Shown: positions 1 through 11,221, numbered from the stretch's first letter. The stretch: DNA of 64,000 nt from Candidatus Eiseniibacteriota bacterium (GCA_038231135.1 JBBRLX010000003.1:1-64000), one strand, 5' to 3'. Translations and numbers: made by a program. The notes: generated by a model from the letters alone, not told the origin.

Positions 1-1
1 C

Positions 2-1243
2 AAGCTCTACCTGCCGCAGGCCTACCCGTCGATGCACTCGTATTGCGTCCACGTGATGCACCGCACGGAAGAGGTGGCGGATAAGCTCATCCGCGTGGCG
101 CGCACGGCCTACAAGTTCCCGGCCATCTTCCCGGCGCTGGCCGAGGGCCGGCTGCGTCAAGCCGCCGTCATCGTGCTGGCCTCGAAGCTGACTCCGGCCA
201 ACCCGGGCGAGTTGATCGCGGCCGCCACGCACCAGTCCAAGTCCGAAATCGCCCGGCTGCTCGCGCAGCGCTTCCCACGGCCGGACATTGCGGCGCAGGT
301 GACGCCGATGTCGGCGCGGAATGAGCAACCGTCCCCGGGGACGGTTGAGGACTACACCGGACAGTTCGCCCTGGAGCAAGTCGCTCCACGTACGAAGGTC
401 ATGCCGCTGGCACCCGAACGCTTCGGATTGCAGTTCACGATCGACCAGGCCACCTACGACAAGCTCAAGTATGCGCAGGGTTTGGCCAGTCATTCGATCC
501 CCGCGGGGGATCTGCCTCGGCTCTTCGACCAGGCCCTGGACACGCTCATTCACAAGCTCGAGCGGCGCAAGTTCGCCGCGACGACGCGGCCGCGAGTGAG
601 TGCGCGGCGTTCAAAGCATCCGAGTGCGGGGCGGAAACATGTTCCGGCCCAAGTAAAGCGCGCTGTCTGGGAGCGGGACGGCGGTCAGTGCACGTTCGTG
701 AGCGAGACGGGCCATCGCTGCGCAGCGCGCAGCCTGCTCGAGTACGACCACGCTGACCCAGTGGCACTTGGTGGCGAAACGTGCGTGGCACGGATGCGGC
801 TCCGCTGCCGTGCTCACAATCAGTACACGGCGGAATGCGAGTTCGGTGCCGACTTCATGAAACGCAAGCGCGACCTCGCGCGGGAGGCGGCGGCGCAGCG
901 ACGGTCGCAGGCGGCCGAGGCGAGAGCCGCAGCCGAGGCCAAGGCCCGGGCCGCGAACCCGGAATGGGACGTGGTTCCCTGGCTGCGCCGTCTCGGATTC
1001 CGTGCCGAGGAGACACGGCGTGCGGCGGAATATTGCGAGACCCTGCTGGATGCCTCGCTCGAGGAGCGCGTTCGGGCCGCGCTGGCTTTCCTCGGCTGGA
1101 ATGCGACGCATCGCGGGCGGCGAACGTCGAACGACTCCGGCCCCCGGGCGAACGGCAGAATCTCGAGCCCCGTCGTCGGTCCGCGACCCGGGGCCGCAGG
1201 GAGTCCGAGCCCGATCCCGATCCAGATCACTCAGGGCCCCTGA
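2..1243 (+). CDS. HNH endonuclease-domain protein (DUF222-like N-terminus, RuvA-C-like tail), 5'-partial
   Basis: Frame is open from the window edge (KLYLPQAYPSMHSYC). HNH/zinc motif VWERDGGQCTF...RC...LEYDH...GG...LRCRAHN. Confidence 0.75.
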   Translation, partial: KLYLPQAYPSMHSYCVHVMHRTEEVADKLIRVARTAYKFPAIFPALAEGRLRQAAVIVLASKLTPANPGELIAAATHQSKSEIARLLAQRFPRPDIAAQVTPMSARNEQPSPGTVEDYTGQFALEQVAPRTKVMPLAPERFGLQFTIDQATYDKLKYAQGLASHSIPAGDLPRLFDQALDTLIHKLERRKFAATTRPRVSARRSKHPSAGRKHVPAQVKRAVWERDGGQCTFVSETGHRCAARSLLEYDHADPVALGGETCVARMRLRCRAHNQYTAECEFGADFMKRKRDLAREAAAQRRSQAAEARAAAEAKARAANPEWDVVPWLRRLGFRAEETRRAAEYCETLLDASLEERVRAALAFLGWNATHRGRRTSNDSGPRANGRISSPVVGPRPGAAGSPSPIPIQITQGP

Positions 1244-1415
1244 TCCAACGTTTGTTCCCCACAAATGGGGTTGGTTCCGACCGCTTTCGGGTCACGCCAA
1301 TACGGGCAGGCCGCCCGGGGGATTTTCGCTTTCAGGACATGGCGCGGCGGCTGCTATCTTTGTGGACAGTGCCACCCCTCTCGACCCTGAACATCCTGTC
1401 TGCCACGGAGAGCCG

Positions 1416-4256
1416 ATGCGCCGCCTGCCCTTGATGTTCACGGTTTTCGCTGTGTTGCTCGCCGTCATCGCGATGCCGCGCCACCTGGTTTCCCGCGTTG
1501 CCACGAATCCCGACTTCGTGCATTTCGAGAGCAGCCACGTGCATCCGGCCGTGATGACCCCGGACGGGTCCCGGCTGCTGGTGGTGAATACCCCCGATAA
1601 CCGCCTCACGGTGTTCGACGTCACGGGCGCCACGCCGGTGCGGGTGGCGGAGATCCCGGTGGGCATGGAGCCGGTGTCGGTCGCGGTGCGCACGAACGGC
1701 GAGGCCTGGGTGGTGAACAACCTGTCCGACGACGTGAGCATCGTCGACCTCGCCACGCTGCACACGCGCGCGACGCTGCGGGTGGGCGACGAGCCCAACG
1801 ACGTGGTGTTCGCCGGGCCCGGTAACAAGGCGTACGTGAGCGTGGGGCAGGAGGACGCGGTCAAGGTGTACGACCCGGCGAATCTGGCCGCGGCGCCGCT
1901 GGTGATTCCGATTCCCGGCCGCACGCCGCGCTCGCTGGCGCGCTCGCTCAATGGCTCGCAGGTGCTGGTGAACGTATTCAACTCGAGCGCTCAATCCACC
2001 ACGTTGAGCGCCCTCGAAGCCGGCGACTCGCTGCCGCCGCCGAGCCCGCCGCTCGCGGCGGGACTGCCGCCGGTGCCCAAGACCGGGCTGACGCTCAAGC
2101 GCACCGGTGGAATGAACGGCGGCTGGCTCGATTCGAATGGCCACCGCTGGGATTCCAAGGTTCCGTATCAGGTGCCCCTGGTCGAGGTGGTGTACCTGTC
2201 CACGATCGACACGACGATCACGGTCCTGCCGAGCGGCACCAGGACCATCCCCGCGAACACCGTCATGGCCACCCGCGGCGACATCGCTTCGATCCTGCTC
2301 GCGAGCGCGGTGAGCCCGGCGAGTGGCGCGGCCGCCGTGACAGGCACCTACGCGATCATCGAGACGCGCCTCGAGCCGAACCTGCGCGGGCATTTTACCG
2401 AGCAACGGCTGGCGATCCTGCCGGGGTTCAGCGTTGGCCGCACGGAGGTCGGACTCAATCCGCTCATCAATTACAGCGTCTCGCCAGGTCCCACGATGGA
2501 GCGTGACTCGTCGCTCGGGATGCCGGACGGCGTGTGCTGGTCGGCCGACGGGCAGCGCGTCTACGTGACGTCGCTCGCCACCGACAAGATCGGAGTGTTC
2601 GACGCGGCGGGCGTGCTCAAGGCGCGCGTTTCGACTCTGGCGGGGCCGACGGGCGTGATCGCGGATCCGTTGCGGCCGCGGCTCTACGTGGTCGGCCGCT
2701 TCCACAACCAGCTCCAGACGCTGTCGACCGCGAACTTCTCGAGCCTGTCGGTGACATCGATCGGGTTCGATCCCACGCCCGATGCGATCGTCAACGGCCG
2801 CAAGTTCTTCTACGGCGGCTTCACGTCGGGCCACGGCGACCAGGCGTGCGCGAGCTGCCATCTGTTCGGCGACACGGACGGCTTCGCGTGGGAGCTGGGC
2901 AACCCGCAGGGCACGATGGCGCCGGCGCCGCCCAATCAGACCGATCCGCTGCTGCAGGGCTATCACCCCATGAAGGGCCCGATGGTGACCCAGAGCCTGC
3001 GCGGGCTGCTGAACACCGGGTTGCTGCACTGGCGCGGGGACCGCTCCGACATCACCGCGTTCAACGGCGCGTTCGTGAGCCTGATGGGACGCAGCTCGCA
3101 GCTGCCCGACAGCGAGATGGCGGCGTTCGCCGACTTCGTGATGCCGCTGGCGTACCCGCCGAATCCCAACGAGTACCTGAATCGCACGATGGTCGACGCG
3201 CCCCCCGGGCAGCCGAGCGCGCTGCGCGGCCAGACGTTCTTCAGCAACCAGGCGGTCGATGGCCCGCTCAAGTGCGCGGATTGCCACGCGCTGCCGACCG
3301 GCACCAACGGCCAGGTGATCGATCACACGGCGCTGCAGGCGCCGCAGGACATGAAGGTCCCGCAGCTGCGCAACCTGTACAAGAAGTCGGGCTTCAAGGA
3401 TTCGATCGGCGTGGTGAACAAGCGCGGCTTCGGTTACACGCACGACGGCTCGGTCGACAACCTGTTCGACTTCCTCAAGTTCCCGGGCTTCAACTTCGGC
3501 TTGAACCAGCCGGTCGCCGACGCGACGCGCCGCGATCTCGAGCGGTTCCTGTTGAGCTTCGACACCGGCATGGCGCCGGCGGTGGGCGTGCAGGTCACGT
3601 TCGACGGCACCAACAACTCGAACGCCGCGCTGCTCGCGCGCCTGGACACGCTCGAATCGCAGGCCGATCTCGGCAATTGCGAGCTGATCGCGAAGGGCCG
3701 AGTCGGCTCAACTCCGCGAGGCTACCTGTACCGGGGCGCGGGCGCCTGGGAGTCCGACCTGTCGAGCGACGGTCCGTTCACCCGCTCCACGATGATCGCG
3801 CTGGCGGCCACCGGGCACGAACTGACGGTGACCGGCGTGCCGCCAGGCTCGGGCCAGCGCATGGGCATCGATCGCGATCGCGACGCGTTCAAGGACGGCG
3901 ACGAGCTGGCGGCGGGCACCGATCCCGGCGACCCGGCGTCGCATCCGCTGGCCGGAGTTCCCGGCGCCATCACGCCGACCGACGGGCTGCGTGCGGTGCG
4001 TCCGAACCCGTTCCGCGTGGCGGCGACGGTGGACTTCGCGCTCGCCCGCGGGGGTGCGGTGTCGGTCGCGGTGTTCGACATCATGGGCCGCGAGGTGCGC
4101 TCGCTCGCCCGCGCGCAGTGGATGGCGGCGGGCCCGCAGACGCTGCGCTGGGACGGTCGCGCGACGGACGGGCACGCGGTGGCGACGGGTGTGTACTTCG
4201 TGCGCCTGAGCACGGCCGCGGGCCGCTGGCAGCGCGCGGTGATCAGGGTTCAGTGA
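1416..4256 (+). CDS. Secreted YVTN-type beta-propeller / diheme cytochrome c (CcP/MauG-like) protein with C-terminal FlgD-Ig/CTD-like domain
   Basis: GGAG RBS, ATG 1416, signal peptide. Propeller repeats (IPVGMEPVSVAV, LRVGDEPNDVVF). Two CxxCH motifs (CASCH, CADCH). C-terminal PNPF...VFDIMGREVR...WDG...GVYFVRL. Confidence 0.75.
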   Translation: MRRLPLMFTVFAVLLAVIAMPRHLVSRVATNPDFVHFESSHVHPAVMTPDGSRLLVVNTPDNRLTVFDVTGATPVRVAEIPVGMEPVSVAVRTNGEAWVVNNLSDDVSIVDLATLHTRATLRVGDEPNDVVFAGPGNKAYVSVGQEDAVKVYDPANLAAAPLVIPIPGRTPRSLARSLNGSQVLVNVFNSSAQSTTLSALEAGDSLPPPSPPLAAGLPPVPKTGLTLKRTGGMNGGWLDSNGHRWDSKVPYQVPLVEVVYLSTIDTTITVLPSGTRTIPANTVMATRGDIASILLASAVSPASGAAAVTGTYAIIETRLEPNLRGHFTEQRLAILPGFSVGRTEVGLNPLINYSVSPGPTMERDSSLGMPDGVCWSADGQRVYVTSLATDKIGVFDAAGVLKARVSTLAGPTGVIADPLRPRLYVVGRFHNQLQTLSTANFSSLSVTSIGFDPTPDAIVNGRKFFYGGFTSGHGDQACASCHLFGDTDGFAWELGNPQGTMAPAPPNQTDPLLQGYHPMKGPMVTQSLRGLLNTGLLHWRGDRSDITAFNGAFVSLMGRSSQLPDSEMAAFADFVMPLAYPPNPNEYLNRTMVDAPPGQPSALRGQTFFSNQAVDGPLKCADCHALPTGTNGQVIDHTALQAPQDMKVPQLRNLYKKSGFKDSIGVVNKRGFGYTHDGSVDNLFDFLKFPGFNFGLNQPVADATRRDLERFLLSFDTGMAPAVGVQVTFDGTNNSNAALLARLDTLESQADLGNCELIAKGRVGSTPRGYLYRGAGAWESDLSSDGPFTRSTMIALAATGHELTVTGVPPGSGQRMGIDRDRDAFKDGDELAAGTDPGDPASHPLAGVPGAITPTDGLRAVRPNPFRVAATVDFALARGGAVSVAVFDIMGREVRSLARAQWMAAGPQTLRWDGRATDGHAVATGVYFVRLSTAAGRWQRAVIRVQ

Positions 4257-4750
4257 CCTGCGTGCACGCGGAGTGGCAGCGGGATGGGTACACGGTGACG
4301 ACCGATCCGGCGCGGGCCGACCTGGCGGTGATCCACGGGTTCCTCACGAATTGCTATTGGGCCCACGGCATCCCGATCGAAGTGGTGCGGCGCGCGGTGG
4401 AGCAGTCGCTCAACTTCTCGATCCTCCACGACGCCACCGGCGCCCAGGTGGGGTTCGGGCGCGTGGTCACGGATCGCGCGACGTTCGGCTATCTGGGCGA
4501 CGTGTTCGTGCTCGAGGAGCATCGTGGCCGCGGGCTGTCGAGATTCCTGATGAAGTGCATCGACACGCATCCGGATCTCCAGGGCTTCCGCCGCTGGGTG
4601 CTGCTGACGCGGGACGCCCACGATCTCTACCGGAAGTTCGGCTACACGTCGGTCGCGAACGCCGATCGCTACATGGAGCGCTGGGTGCCCAACGTCTACC
4701 TGGGCCCGGCGCGTCCGCCCGGCGCCACGGGCATCGCAGGGACGACATGA
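4253..4750 (+). CDS. GNAT family N-acetyltransferase
   Basis: GFGRVVTDRATFGYLGDVFVLEEHRGRGLS acetyl-CoA motif and LYRKFGY. GTGA overlap with the upstream stop; start could be 4262. Confidence 0.88.
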   Translation: MTCVHAEWQRDGYTVTTDPARADLAVIHGFLTNCYWAHGIPIEVVRRAVEQSLNFSILHDATGAQVGFGRVVTDRATFGYLGDVFVLEEHRGRGLSRFLMKCIDTHPDLQGFRRWVLLTRDAHDLYRKFGYTSVANADRYMERWVPNVYLGPARPPGATGIAGTT

Positions 4751-5448
4751 GGATCGCCGCCGCGAACTGGATGCAGGTCGAACAGTACCTGGCGGGCGAG
4801 GACCGCGCGGTGCTGCCGCTGGGATGCACCGAGCAGCACGCCTACCTGAGCCTCGCGACCGACACGATCCTCGCCACGCGGGTGGCGGAGGAGGCGGCCG
4901 AGCCGCTCGGGGTCGCGGTGTTCCCCGCGGTCGCCTACGGCATCACCCCCAATTTCACGGCCTATCCCGGCACCGTGTCGCTGCGGGTGGGCACGCTGAT
5001 CGCGATCGTCGCGGACGTACTCGACGGGCTCGCGAACCAGGGCTTCCGGCGGATCGTGATCGTGAACGGCCACGGCGGGAACTCGCCCGTGCAGGGGTTC
5101 ACCCACGAATGGATGGCGCGCCGGCCGGGCGTCCAGGTCAAGTTCCATAGCTGGTGGAACGCGCCGCTCACCTGGGCCCGGGTGCAGCAGATCGATCCGG
5201 TTGCGTCGCACGCCTCCTGGATGGAGAATTTTCCCTGGACCCGGATTCCAGGTGTCGAGCTGCCCCACAGTCAGAAGCCGCCGGTCGACTACGCGGGTGC
5301 GGCACACCTGGGGCCGCCGGCGATCCGGGAGCGGCTGGGCGACGGCAATTTCGCCGGCCGCTACGTGCGCGCGGATTCGGACGTGCTCGAGCTGTGGCAG
5401 GTGGCGGTCGCCGAGACGCAGGACATCATCGAACGGGGGTGGGCATGA
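4747..5448 (+). CDS. Creatininase/creatinine amidohydrolase family protein
   Basis: LPLGCTEQH, D, VNGHGGN and HASWME motifs; ATGA overlap. Confidence 0.88.
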   Translation: MRIAAANWMQVEQYLAGEDRAVLPLGCTEQHAYLSLATDTILATRVAEEAAEPLGVAVFPAVAYGITPNFTAYPGTVSLRVGTLIAIVADVLDGLANQGFRRIVIVNGHGGNSPVQGFTHEWMARRPGVQVKFHSWWNAPLTWARVQQIDPVASHASWMENFPWTRIPGVELPHSQKPPVDYAGAAHLGPPAIRERLGDGNFAGRYVRADSDVLELWQVAVAETQDIIERGWA

Positions 5449-7262
5449 CGTCTCACACAGCCTTGGGCCTGCGCCGGATCGCCTGCGTGCTGGCGGCCTG
5501 TGTCCTGATGCCCGCCGCCGCGCATGCGTGGACGTGGGGCGACACGCTCACCACCATCTGGAAGCCGCTGCCGAACCTGCCGCAGCTCGCGCGGCCGGGC
5601 GACACGCTGTCGGTGTGGGCCAGCGCGCCGGCGGGGGCGAACGGCTGGAGTGCGTTGCTCCAGTACGGTTCGTATACCGTGGCGATGCCGCCCGCGGGGG
5701 GCGCCTACGTGGCGAGCCGGGCGCGGTGGGAGCTGGGCTTCGTGGTGCCGGCCGGGACGCGCTGGCAGGTCTACGACTTCGTGCTGATGTCGAGCGCCAC
5801 GGCTCCCGACACCAGCCGGCACGCGGTCAAGGTGCTGCCGGCCTATCGCGATACGTTCTACTTCGCGCAGATCTCGGATACGCACCTGCCGACGCACGCG
5901 TTGAGCATGAATGGCATGATCAACACCGCCGACACCTCCGGGTTCGCGGACTTCGACGCGGTGGCCGCCGATCTCAACGTGATCCATCCCGAGTTCATCC
6001 TGCACACCGGCGACCTCGTGAACGAAGGCGAGCTCGAGCAATACCTCGCGATGTACGAGATGAGCCGGGCGAAGGCCGCGCTGTCGCGGCTCGCGGACCC
6101 GGTGTTCGTCGTGTCGGGCAATCACGACCTCGGCGGCTGGCAGGCGACCGCGCCCCCCGACGGCACGTCACGCTACAACTGGTGGCGGCTGTTCGGCTGG
6201 CCCTACCTCGACTCGCCGCCGGCCGGGGACCCGGTGCATTCGCAGGATTATGCGTTCGATTACGGCCTGCTGCACTGCGTCGGGCTCGAGAACTACATCA
6301 ACAACGGTTCGTACGATCACTTCCGAACGGCACAGTACGGCGCCCAGAGCCTGTCCGCCGAGCAGATGAGTTGGCTGACGACGCATCTCGCGACGGTGCC
6401 GGCCGGGCACACAAAGTTGCTGTTCTACCACTATGATTTCGGCGGCACGCTGTCCAACGGGTTGCCGGGAGCGATGTACACGCAGATCAATCCGGTGGCG
6501 CTAGGCGTCAACGGCGCGATCTGGGGGCACTTCCACTCCGTGCCGGAAGACACGCTTACACACCGCAGCGCGAAGCCGTTCAATCTCGGACTGCAGTCCG
6601 TGATCGACTATCGCGCGTTCCGGATCTTCCGGGTCGTGAACGGCGTGATCTCGCCGGGACCGATGCACCACAGCGGTGGCATCGCCAGCACGCCGCTCGA
6701 TTCGCTGACGGTGTCGTTCACCGGCGCCAACGACGGCAGCGCGACCGTGCTCGGGGCCACGGTCACCAACCGCTTCGGCGAGACCTGGGATCACGGCCGG
6801 CTGGTGTTCAAGATGCAGCCGGGCGGCGGCTACGCGGCGACCGGCGGCAGCGTGGTGCAGCAGTTCGTCCACGACGGCATCACCGAGGTCGAGGTGGCGT
6901 GCGTGCTGCCGGCGGGGGGTGTGACGATCGTCACCGTGACCCGGACCGCGGGCGTCGATGGCGGGCCGGTCGCGGACGACCTGCAACTCGCGCCGCCGAC
7001 GCCGAACCCGTTCGTGCCGGGCCTAGGGACCCTGGTGCTGCGGTTCTCGCAGCCGCGCCGCCAGCGGGTGAGCCTCGTGGTGCTCGATCTCGCCGGGCGC
7101 CGGGTCGCGACGCTGAAGCAGGGCGACGAACCCGCCGGGCCGATGGTGGTGCAGTGGAACGGCCAGGATCGGGCGGGGCGCAGGGTGCGCGCCGGGTCCT
7201 ACGTGATCGCGCTCGAGGCCGGCGGCGCGCGCCGCGTCGCGAAGGTGATCATCGCGAACTGA
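5445..7262 (+). CDS. Secreted calcineurin-like metallophosphoesterase with C-terminal FlgD-Ig/CTD-like domain
   Basis: Signal peptide ending AAAHA. SDTH, GDLVN, GNHD and GHFH motifs. C-terminal PNPF...LDLAGRRV...WNG...GSYVI. ATGA overlap. Confidence 0.82.
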   Translation: MTSHTALGLRRIACVLAACVLMPAAAHAWTWGDTLTTIWKPLPNLPQLARPGDTLSVWASAPAGANGWSALLQYGSYTVAMPPAGGAYVASRARWELGFVVPAGTRWQVYDFVLMSSATAPDTSRHAVKVLPAYRDTFYFAQISDTHLPTHALSMNGMINTADTSGFADFDAVAADLNVIHPEFILHTGDLVNEGELEQYLAMYEMSRAKAALSRLADPVFVVSGNHDLGGWQATAPPDGTSRYNWWRLFGWPYLDSPPAGDPVHSQDYAFDYGLLHCVGLENYINNGSYDHFRTAQYGAQSLSAEQMSWLTTHLATVPAGHTKLLFYHYDFGGTLSNGLPGAMYTQINPVALGVNGAIWGHFHSVPEDTLTHRSAKPFNLGLQSVIDYRAFRIFRVVNGVISPGPMHHSGGIASTPLDSLTVSFTGANDGSATVLGATVTNRFGETWDHGRLVFKMQPGGGYAATGGSVVQQFVHDGITEVEVACVLPAGGVTIVTVTRTAGVDGGPVADDLQLAPPTPNPFVPGLGTLVLRFSQPRRQRVSLVVLDLAGRRVATLKQGDEPAGPMVVQWNGQDRAGRRVRAGSYVIALEAGGARRVAKVIIAN

Positions 7263-7273
7263 CGGGCATGGCA

Positions 7274-7301
7274 AAGGGTGCGGCAATCGCGCCGCACCCT
7301 T
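7274..7301. terminator. Hairpin between convergent genes, probable bidirectional terminator
   Basis: AAGGGTGCGGC-AATCGC-GCCGCACCCTT, perfect 11-bp stem. Confidence 0.6.
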
Positions 7302-7327
7302 CGAGTGGCTGCACGTGCGTCATGACG

Positions 7328-7891
7328 TCAGAAACGGATCGCGAGGCCCGCCGTCGTCGACCAGAAGCTGGGGTCGAACTTGTTCGGAGGCAGATCGCTG
7401 ATCTGCTTGCTGAGGAACACGTACCGTCCGTTCACGTCGATCGCGAGCGACGGAGCCAGCGGCACCTGAACGCCGCCGCCCAGGTGCGTTCCGAACTCCT
7501 GCTTGGTGAAGTCCCGGGCCGGAACCGCTGCCGAGTAGTCGTACGTCGTGTTGTACCAGCCCACGCCGCCGCCCAGGTACAGGGCCGAAACCGGCGACAG
7601 CCACAACGACGCGGTGATCGGCCACTGGCGCACCTTCAGCAGGCCGTCGTTGCGATCCTCGGTGCGATAGGCGACACCGATTTCGCTCTTCAGGAACGAT
7701 GTGATGTTGCCGCGGAACGCGAGACCGCCATAGATCGTCGCGTCCGAGTTGCCTTCGTGGACCAGCTTCGTGATGCCGATCGAAGGAATGATCTCGCCGG
7801 CACGAACGGTGGATGCGACGGCCACGAGCGCGGCCGACGCCACGATGGCGGCGATGACCGGCGCCAGACGTGACGATTCGATGATCTTCAT
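7328..7891 (-). CDS. Small outer-membrane beta-barrel protein (OmpW/OmpA-like 8-stranded barrel family)
   Basis: AGGAGGAGG RBS before ATG 7891. Signal peptide, alternating aromatic strands (YLGGGVGWY), C-terminal Phe (GLAIRF). Confidence 0.8.
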   Translation of the reverse strand: MKIIESSRLAPVIAAIVASAALVAVASTVRAGEIIPSIGITKLVHEGNSDATIYGGLAFRGNITSFLKSEIGVAYRTEDRNDGLLKVRQWPITASLWLSPVSALYLGGGVGWYNTTYDYSAAVPARDFTKQEFGTHLGGGVQVPLAPSLAIDVNGRYVFLSKQISDLPPNKFDPSFWSTTAGLAIRF

Positions 7892-7959
7892 GATGAACCT
7901 CCTCCTAGGTGAATCCCGCTTCGCGGCGAAGCCGGACGTTGCGAACCGCACGGCGCTAG

Positions 7960-7975
7960 TACAAGGCTCGTGCCG
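7960..7975 (-). promoter_or_regulatory. Putative sigma54 -24/-12 promoter (variant -12)
   Basis: Minus strand CGGCACG-AGCC-TTGTA versus consensus TGGCACG-N4-TTGC(A/T), about 70 nt upstream of ATG 7891. Confidence 0.4.
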
Positions 7976-8171
7976 TGACGTGTGTGTGTGCGGTACGCAA
8001 GTTAGGCGCGCAAAGCTTCACAAACGTCCCCGAATGGCGTCGCGGTTGTATGCGTTACATGCCGCAACCGCACGTTGTGCCCGTCTGCCGCGGGACCGGG
8101 GTGCGCAGGAAATGCTGCGAGGAGCGCCGGATTGCGGGCGCTCCTCGCGGAGTTGCGGATTCGAAAACGCG

Positions 8172-8384
8172 CTACGCGCGGCGGCGATCCGCCAGCACGA
8201 GCACGAGTCCGGCTGCGAGCGACAGGCCGCCCAGCAACGGAGACACCGGAATCGTCTTCTTCTGGTCGACGCTCGCCTGGATCGGGCCCACGTCCAGGAC
8301 CTTGTGCTCCTGCGTGTAGGTGATGCCCTTATAAGCCAGCGACAGGATTCCGATCAGGATGAGAATGATTCCGAGAACCTTCAT
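8172..8384 (-). CDS. Small two-TM membrane protein (DUF3185-like)
   Basis: GGAGG RBS. Hydrophobic helix, then KVLDVGPIQASV...IPVSPLLGG, then a second helix. Confidence 0.7.
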   Translation of the reverse strand: MKVLGIILILIGILSLAYKGITYTQEHKVLDVGPIQASVDQKKTIPVSPLLGGLSLAAGLVLVLADRRRA

Positions 8385-8476
8385 GTGAGTCCTCCGTGTG
8401 GTGGGCGGCCATCCAAGGCCAGGTGCGCCGCCGGACGTCGACGGCCTATGTCACCGAGCTCTGGTCCACGAACTCT

Positions 8477-8746
8477 TCAGACCGGTTCGCGCGACGAGTC
8501 GTCCATTTCCCGCTCGTAGGCGTCGCGTCCGGCATGAATCGCCTCCTTGCCGCGTTCGACCATCGTGTCCTTCAGGTCGCCCAGGCGGTGACTGGTGGTC
8601 GAGCGGATGCGCTTGGCCGTCTCGCCGATGTGCCGGCGCGTGTCTTCCCCCGCCGCCGGTGCCATGAGCAGTGCCACCCCGGCGCCTACCGCGGCTCCGA
8701 CCAGGAAACCCAGCAGAGCCATGTTGCCATCCCGATTGTCAGACAT
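8477..8746 (-). CDS. YtxH domain general stress protein
   Basis: FLVGAAVGAGVALLMAPAAGEDTRRHI signature; GGAGGG RBS. Confidence 0.85.
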   Translation of the reverse strand: MSDNRDGNMALLGFLVGAAVGAGVALLMAPAAGEDTRRHIGETAKRIRSTTSHRLGDLKDTMVERGKEAIHAGRDAYEREMDDSSREPV

Positions 8747-9134
8747 TTCGCTTCCCTCCGTTGAAGTGATGCGTGGAAACCACCGGGGAACGCCGGCCCA
8801 GCAATGCTGCGGCGCCGGCTCGGACTCCCTGTGCGAGCGCCGCCGCGCTGCGGGCGGGTCCCTCGATCTCATCGATCACCAGCGACGACAGATCCGTCAC
8901 GCGCGTGCTCAGTGTTTCGAATTGCGCGGAGCTGCGTTGAATGCCCTTCGCCGCATGCTGCAGGGTCGCGATGACCTGCTGGGCCTCGCTGGTGGCACGC
9001 CGGGCTTCGTCGACCCCCAGCGAAACCTTCAGCGCGAGCTGTTCGAACTTCTTGGACGCCTTCCAGATCACGACCGCGGTGAAGACGAGGGCGAGTGTCA
9101 CAATTACAACGCAAATCTGGGCAACCAGGCTCAT
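8739..9134 (-). CDS. Membrane-anchored coiled-coil protein (DUF948/YtxG-like)
   Basis: N-terminal TM helix, then heptad-rich helix. Overlaps the ytxH-like gene, as in ytxG-ytxH pairs. AAAGGAGG RBS. Confidence 0.65.
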   Translation of the reverse strand: MSLVAQICVVIVTLALVFTAVVIWKASKKFEQLALKVSLGVDEARRATSEAQQVIATLQHAAKGIQRSSAQFETLSTRVTDLSSLVIDEIEGPARSAAALAQGVRAGAAALLGRRSPVVSTHHFNGGKRNV

Positions 9135-9219
9135 TCACCCCCTCCTTTCTGGAGAAAACTGCCAGTTACGCCCGCAGGGGGCGCGTTCGCGCGCCATGCG
9201 GGATTCGTGGATCGTCAAG

Positions 9220-9235
9220 AGCAACAAGCGGACCA
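9220..9235 (-). promoter_or_regulatory. Putative sigma54 -24/-12 promoter for the DUF948-YtxH genes
   Basis: Minus strand TGGTCCG-CTTG-TTGCT, GG-N10-GC spacing. Confidence 0.5.
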
Positions 9236-9268
9236 AGATCCGTCCGGAGAATGTTCCGGGCCGAAACC

Positions 9269-9284
9269 GGGCGCGGGGCTTGCG
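9269..9284 (+). promoter_or_regulatory. Putative sigma54 -24/-12 promoter for the Fet4-like gene
   Basis: GGGCGCG-GGGC-TTGCG, GG-N10-GC spacing, about 68 nt upstream of ATG 9352. Confidence 0.45.
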
Positions 9285-9351
9285 TAGGCTGCCGGAACGG
9301 AGGCGGCAACCCTTAGGAACCAACCCATCGTTCCCTCGCGAGGAGTCTCGA

Positions 9352-9846
9352 ATGAAGAAGCAGCGGCCGGGCGTGTTCGCGTGGTTCGGCAGTATCATGG
9401 AGGGTTTTTCCCACGCCGCGATGGTGTGGACGGGCAGCACGCCGGCGTTCCTCTCAGCGGTGGTGTTGCTGGTGGTGTGGGTGCTCACGGGTCCGCTATT
9501 CCACTATAGCGACACGTGGCAGCTGGTGATCAACACCTTCACCACCATCGTCACGTTCCTGATGGTGTTCCTCATTCAGCGGGCGCAGAACAAGGACTCG
9601 CGGGCGGTGGCGCTCAAGCTCAACGAGATCATCGCGGCGCTCGATGGCGCGAGCAATCGCATGATCGGGGTGGAGCGCCTGCCGGAAGCGCAGCTCGACG
9701 TCCTCGACAAGCACTTCCGGCAGATCATCAAACTCGCGGAACGCGAATCCACGGTCGGCCAGTCGCACTCGATCGAAGAGGCGACGCGGCGCTCCGAGGC
9801 CAAGAGCGGAAAACACCGGCGTGCCACGCCGGCGAAAGCCGGCTGA
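9352..9846 (+). CDS. Low-affinity iron permease (Fet4-like) family membrane protein
   Basis: GPLFHYSDTWQLVINTFTTIVTFLMVFLIQRAQNKDSRAVALKLNEII signature; GAGGAG RBS. Confidence 0.85.
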   Translation: MKKQRPGVFAWFGSIMEGFSHAAMVWTGSTPAFLSAVVLLVVWVLTGPLFHYSDTWQLVINTFTTIVTFLMVFLIQRAQNKDSRAVALKLNEIIAALDGASNRMIGVERLPEAQLDVLDKHFRQIIKLAERESTVGQSHSIEEATRRSEAKSGKHRRATPAKAG

Positions 9847-9859
9847 CCCGGGCCGATGC

Positions 9860-11221
<1,362 letters not shown>

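Noticed and set aside
2..1243. HNH gene as IscB/Cas9-like RNA-guided nuclease
   Set aside because: No RuvC motifs in the visible portion and no adjacent array; the 5' end lies outside the window.
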